Shown here: one piece after another, positions 61,174-64,000 of the stretch
How the letters are laid out: each line of letters starts with the position of its first letter
Position numbering within the stretch: the first letter of the stretch is position 1
DNA from: Pseudomonadota bacterium
Lineage (GTDB): Bacteria > Pseudomonadota > Gammaproteobacteria > Burkholderiales > Methylophilaceae
DNA length: 64,000 bases
Assembly (NCBI GenBank): GCA_043779795.1
Contig: JAYWDO010000007.1
Coordinates: forward strand, 18,157 to 82,156
Direction: 5' to 3'
Program-made: the position numbers and the translations under genes
Notes under the pieces: model-generated
Database searches by the model: none
What the model saw: only the letters and a program-made list of their open reading frames with translations
What the model was told of the DNA's origin: nothing

Positions 61174-64000
61174 TTACACTTCTGATGCTTCTGGGTTCTT
61201 ACCAGTAAAACTAATCTGCTCTTCACTAAACGCTTGATAATTACGTTGCCACTCAGAGAGTTGCGATACACGAGTCACCTGTACAGCAGTGACTTTAAAC
61301 TCAGGACAGTTCGTTGCCCAATCAGAATTATCAGTAGTAATCACGTTAGCGCCTGATTCTGGATGATGAAAAGTAGTGTAAATCACGCCAGGCTGAACAC
61401 GTTCGCTGATTTTGGCATGCAACACGGTTTCACCCGCGCGGCTAGTAATACCGACCCAGTCTCCCTCTTTAATGCCACGTTCTTCAGCGTCATGTGGATG
61501 AATTTCAACCAAATCTTCTTTATGCCATTCAACGTTTTTAGTGCGGCGTGTTTGTGCACCAACGTTGTATTGCGACAGAATACGGCCTGTTGTTAAAATT
61601 AACGGGTACTTAGGTGTTACTTTTTCAGTCGTTGGTACATATTCGGTGACGAAGAACTTACCTTTACCGCGCACAAACTCGTCAATATGCATGGTTGGAG
61701 TGCCTAACGGTTGTTCATCATTACAAGGCCACTGTATGCTGCCCAACTCATCTAATTTCTTAAAGCTTACACCTTTAAAGGTAGGTGTTAAGCTTGCTAC
61801 TTCATCCATGATTTCTGATGCGTGTTTGTAATTCATAGGATAACCAAGTGCGTTCGACAATGCTGCGGTCACTTCCCAGTCTTCTTTACCATTTTTAGGC
61901 GTCATTACACGGCGCACCGGTGAGATACGACGTTCGGCATTGGTAAACGTACCGTTTTTTTCTAGAAACGATGCGCCAGGGAAAAACACATGAGCAAACA
62001 TGGCGGTTTCGTTCAAAAATAAATCCTGCACAATCACACATTCCATAGACTCTAGCGCATGCGTTACATGCTGTGTATTTGGGTCAGATTGAACAATGTC
62101 TTCACCCACACAATATAGCGCCTTAAAAGTGCCATCAATCGCGTTATCCAGCATATTTGGGATACGTAAACCTGGGTCATTGCTAAGCGGCATGCCCCAA
62201 GCAGATTCAAATAGGGCGCGTGTTGCTTCATCTGATACATGGCGATAACCTGGATACTCATGCGGCATAGAACCCATATCGCAAGAACCTTGTACGTTAT
62301 TTTGACCACGCAACGGGTTAACACCCACGCCTTCACGACCAATATTACCTGTTGCCATTGCAAGGTTAGCAATACCCATCACCATGGTAGAGCCTTGACT
62401 ATGCTCAGTTACACCTAAACCATAATAAATAGCTGCATTGCCTCCAGTCGCAAATAATCTTGCAGCAGCACGAATATCTTCAGCTGGAACACCCATCGCC
62501 AGACCCAATACTTCTGGCGAGTTTTGTTTTAGTGCAACAAAATCGCGCCAAGCTTCAAATGAATCCCACTCGCAACGCTCTTTTACAAATGCTTCGTTAA
62601 CCAAACCTTCAGTCACAATCACGTGACCTAATGCAGAAATCAAAGCCACATTAGTACCCGGCTGCAATTTAAGGTGATAATCCGCTTTAACGTGCGGCGA
62701 TGCGACTAAATCAATCGCGCGCGGGTCCGCAATAATAAGTTTCGCACCTTCACGTAAACGGCGTTTCATTTGCGAGGCAAATACTGGATGGCCATCGGTC
62801 GGATTAGCGCCAATCACAAAAATCACGTCTGACTTCATCACAGAATCAAAAGTCTGTGTACCCGCTGATTCACCTATAGTCTGTTTAAGGCCATAGCCTG
62901 TGGGGGAATGGCAAACACGTGCGCAAGTATCCACGTTGTTTACACCAAACACAGCGCGCACTAGTTTTTGCACCACATACACTTCTTCGTTCGTACTACG
63001 TGATGAAGTAATGCCACCTACAGCATGTTTACCATATTGAGTTTGAATACGTTGAATTTCACTGGCAGCATAATTAATTGCTTCATCCCAGCCAACTTGT
63101 TGCCATTCATCATGAATACTTTTACGTATCATTGGCGTGGTAATACGGTCTTTATGGGTGGCATAACCCCAAGCAAATCGGCCTTTAACGCATGAGTGGC
63201 CATGATTCGCGCCGCCGTTCTTATTCGGCACCATGCGAATGACTTCTTCGCCTTTCATTTCAGCATCAAATGAGCAGCCAACGCCACAGTAAGCACAGGT
63301 AGTCGTCACACTATGTTCTGGAACGCCGTGATCAATGACCGTTTTTTCTATTAAAGTTGCTGTTGGGCAAGCTTGCACACAAGCACCACAAGATACGCAT
63401 TCAGAATCTAAAAAATTATTAATGCCTGCCGCTACTTTGGATTCAAAACCACGTCCAGAGATGGTCAGTGCAAAAGTACCTTGCGTTTCTTCACAAGCAC
63501 GCACACAACGTGAGCAGACGATACATTTGCTCGGATCAAAAGTGAAGTAAGGGTTAGATTCGTCTTTTTCAGCCTTGAGATGATTTTCACCGTCATAACC
63601 GTAGCGTACTTCACGCAGACCAACAGCACCCGCCATGTCTTGCAATTCACAATCGCCATTGGTAGCGCAAGTCAGGCAATCTAATGGGTGGTCTGAAATA
63701 TACAATTCCATGGTGCCACGGCGAATATCGGCCAATTTTGGCGTTTGCGTATGTACTTTCAGGCCCTCTGCTACTGGTGTGGTACATGATGCAGGGAAAC
63801 CGCGACGACCTTCAATTTCAACCACACACAAACGACATGAACCAAACGGCTCCAAGCTATCAGTAGCGCATAGTTTAGGTACGTTGATACCCGCCAAAAT
63901 AGACGCCCGCATAATAGACGTGCCTTCTGGCACAGTGATTTCCCTATCATCAATGGTCAGCGTTACCTGCACATCGGACTGACTTGCGGGCGTACCGTAA
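61174..64000 (-). CDS. fdsA: NAD-dependent Mo-bisPGD formate dehydrogenase alpha subunit (5' end beyond the window)
   Basis: Frame stays open to the edge (YGTPASQSDVQVT); [2Fe-2S]/[4Fe-4S] Cys motifs, CAYCGVGC, TCARVCH (Cys ligand), RGQNNVQG. Confidence 0.95.
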   Translation of the reverse strand, partial: YGTPASQSDVQVTLTIDDREITVPEGTSIMRASILAGINVPKLCATDSLEPFGSCRLCVVEIEGRRGFPASCTTPVAEGLKVHTQTPKLADIRRGTMELYISDHPLDCLTCATNGDCELQDMAGAVGLREVRYGYDGENHLKAEKDESNPYFTFDPSKCIVCSRCVRACEETQGTFALTISGRGFESKVAAGINNFLDSECVSCGACVQACPTATLIEKTVIDHGVPEHSVTTTCAYCGVGCSFDAEMKGEEVIRMVPNKNGGANHGHSCVKGRFAWGYATHKDRITTPMIRKSIHDEWQQVGWDEAINYAASEIQRIQTQYGKHAVGGITSSRSTNEEVYVVQKLVRAVFGVNNVDTCARVCHSPTGYGLKQTIGESAGTQTFDSVMKSDVIFVIGANPTDGHPVFASQMKRRLREGAKLIIADPRAIDLVASPHVKADYHLKLQPGTNVALISALGHVIVTEGLVNEAFVKERCEWDSFEAWRDFVALKQNSPEVLGLAMGVPAEDIRAAARLFATGGNAAIYYGLGVTEHSQGSTMVMGIANLAMATGNIGREGVGVNPLRGQNNVQGSCDMGSMPHEYPGYRHVSDEATRALFESAWGMPLSNDPGLRIPNMLDNAIDGTFKALYCVGEDIVQSDPNTQHVTHALESMECVIVQDLFLNETAMFAHVFFPGASFLEKNGTFTNAERRISPVRRVMTPKNGKEDWEVTAALSNALGYPMNYKHASEIMDEVASLTPTFKGVSFKKLDELGSIQWPCNDEQPLGTPTMHIDEFVRGKGKFFVTEYVPTTEKVTPKYPLILTTGRILSQYNVGAQTRRTKNVEWHKEDLVEIHPHDAEERGIKEGDWVGITSRAGETVLHAKISERVQPGVIYTTFHHPESGANVITTDNSDWATNCPEFKVTAVQVTRVSQLSEWQRNYQAFSEEQISFTGKNPEASEV

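Noticed and set aside
62905-62935. Selenocysteine in the formate dehydrogenase active site
   Set aside because: The motif is TCARVCH with a Cys codon and no in-frame TGA

Overview
Chromosomal window from a betaproteobacterium, most consistent with Methylophilaceae (Methylotenera-like). This is inferred from gene order and protein similarity as recalled, not from a database search. Most of the window is conserved housekeeping DNA: ppa, purC, pyk-pgk-gap-tkt, rsmE, argA-argB-nucleotidase-slmA, relA, cca, slt, the complete dcw cluster (mraZ to lpxC), rnpB, pyrC, rsmI-yraN-BON, trxA-rho-rpmE2, an ArnT-like glycosyltransferase and the NAD-linked Mo formate dehydrogenase genes fdsA-fdhD-fdsD (fdsA is cut by the window edge). 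The most unusual items are: (1) an ArgA carrying an N-terminal Cro/CI-type HTH, with two near-identical palindromic boxes over the -35 and +1 of its own promoter, a candidate arginine-sensing trigger enzyme/autorepressor; (2) a ~114-bp inverted repeat bracketing the RNase P RNA gene, with a mini-copy and REP-like elements nearby; (3) a TauE/SafE pseudogene with an exact 96-bp internal inversion that restores the frame when flipped; (4) a RelA whose C-terminal ACT domain is cut off but still readable out of frame; (5) an accessory Pls/PosA-type membrane NRPS with a PPTase, followed by a frameshifted periplasmic Lig E. No CRISPR, rRNA, tRNA or intact transposase/integrase was recognised.
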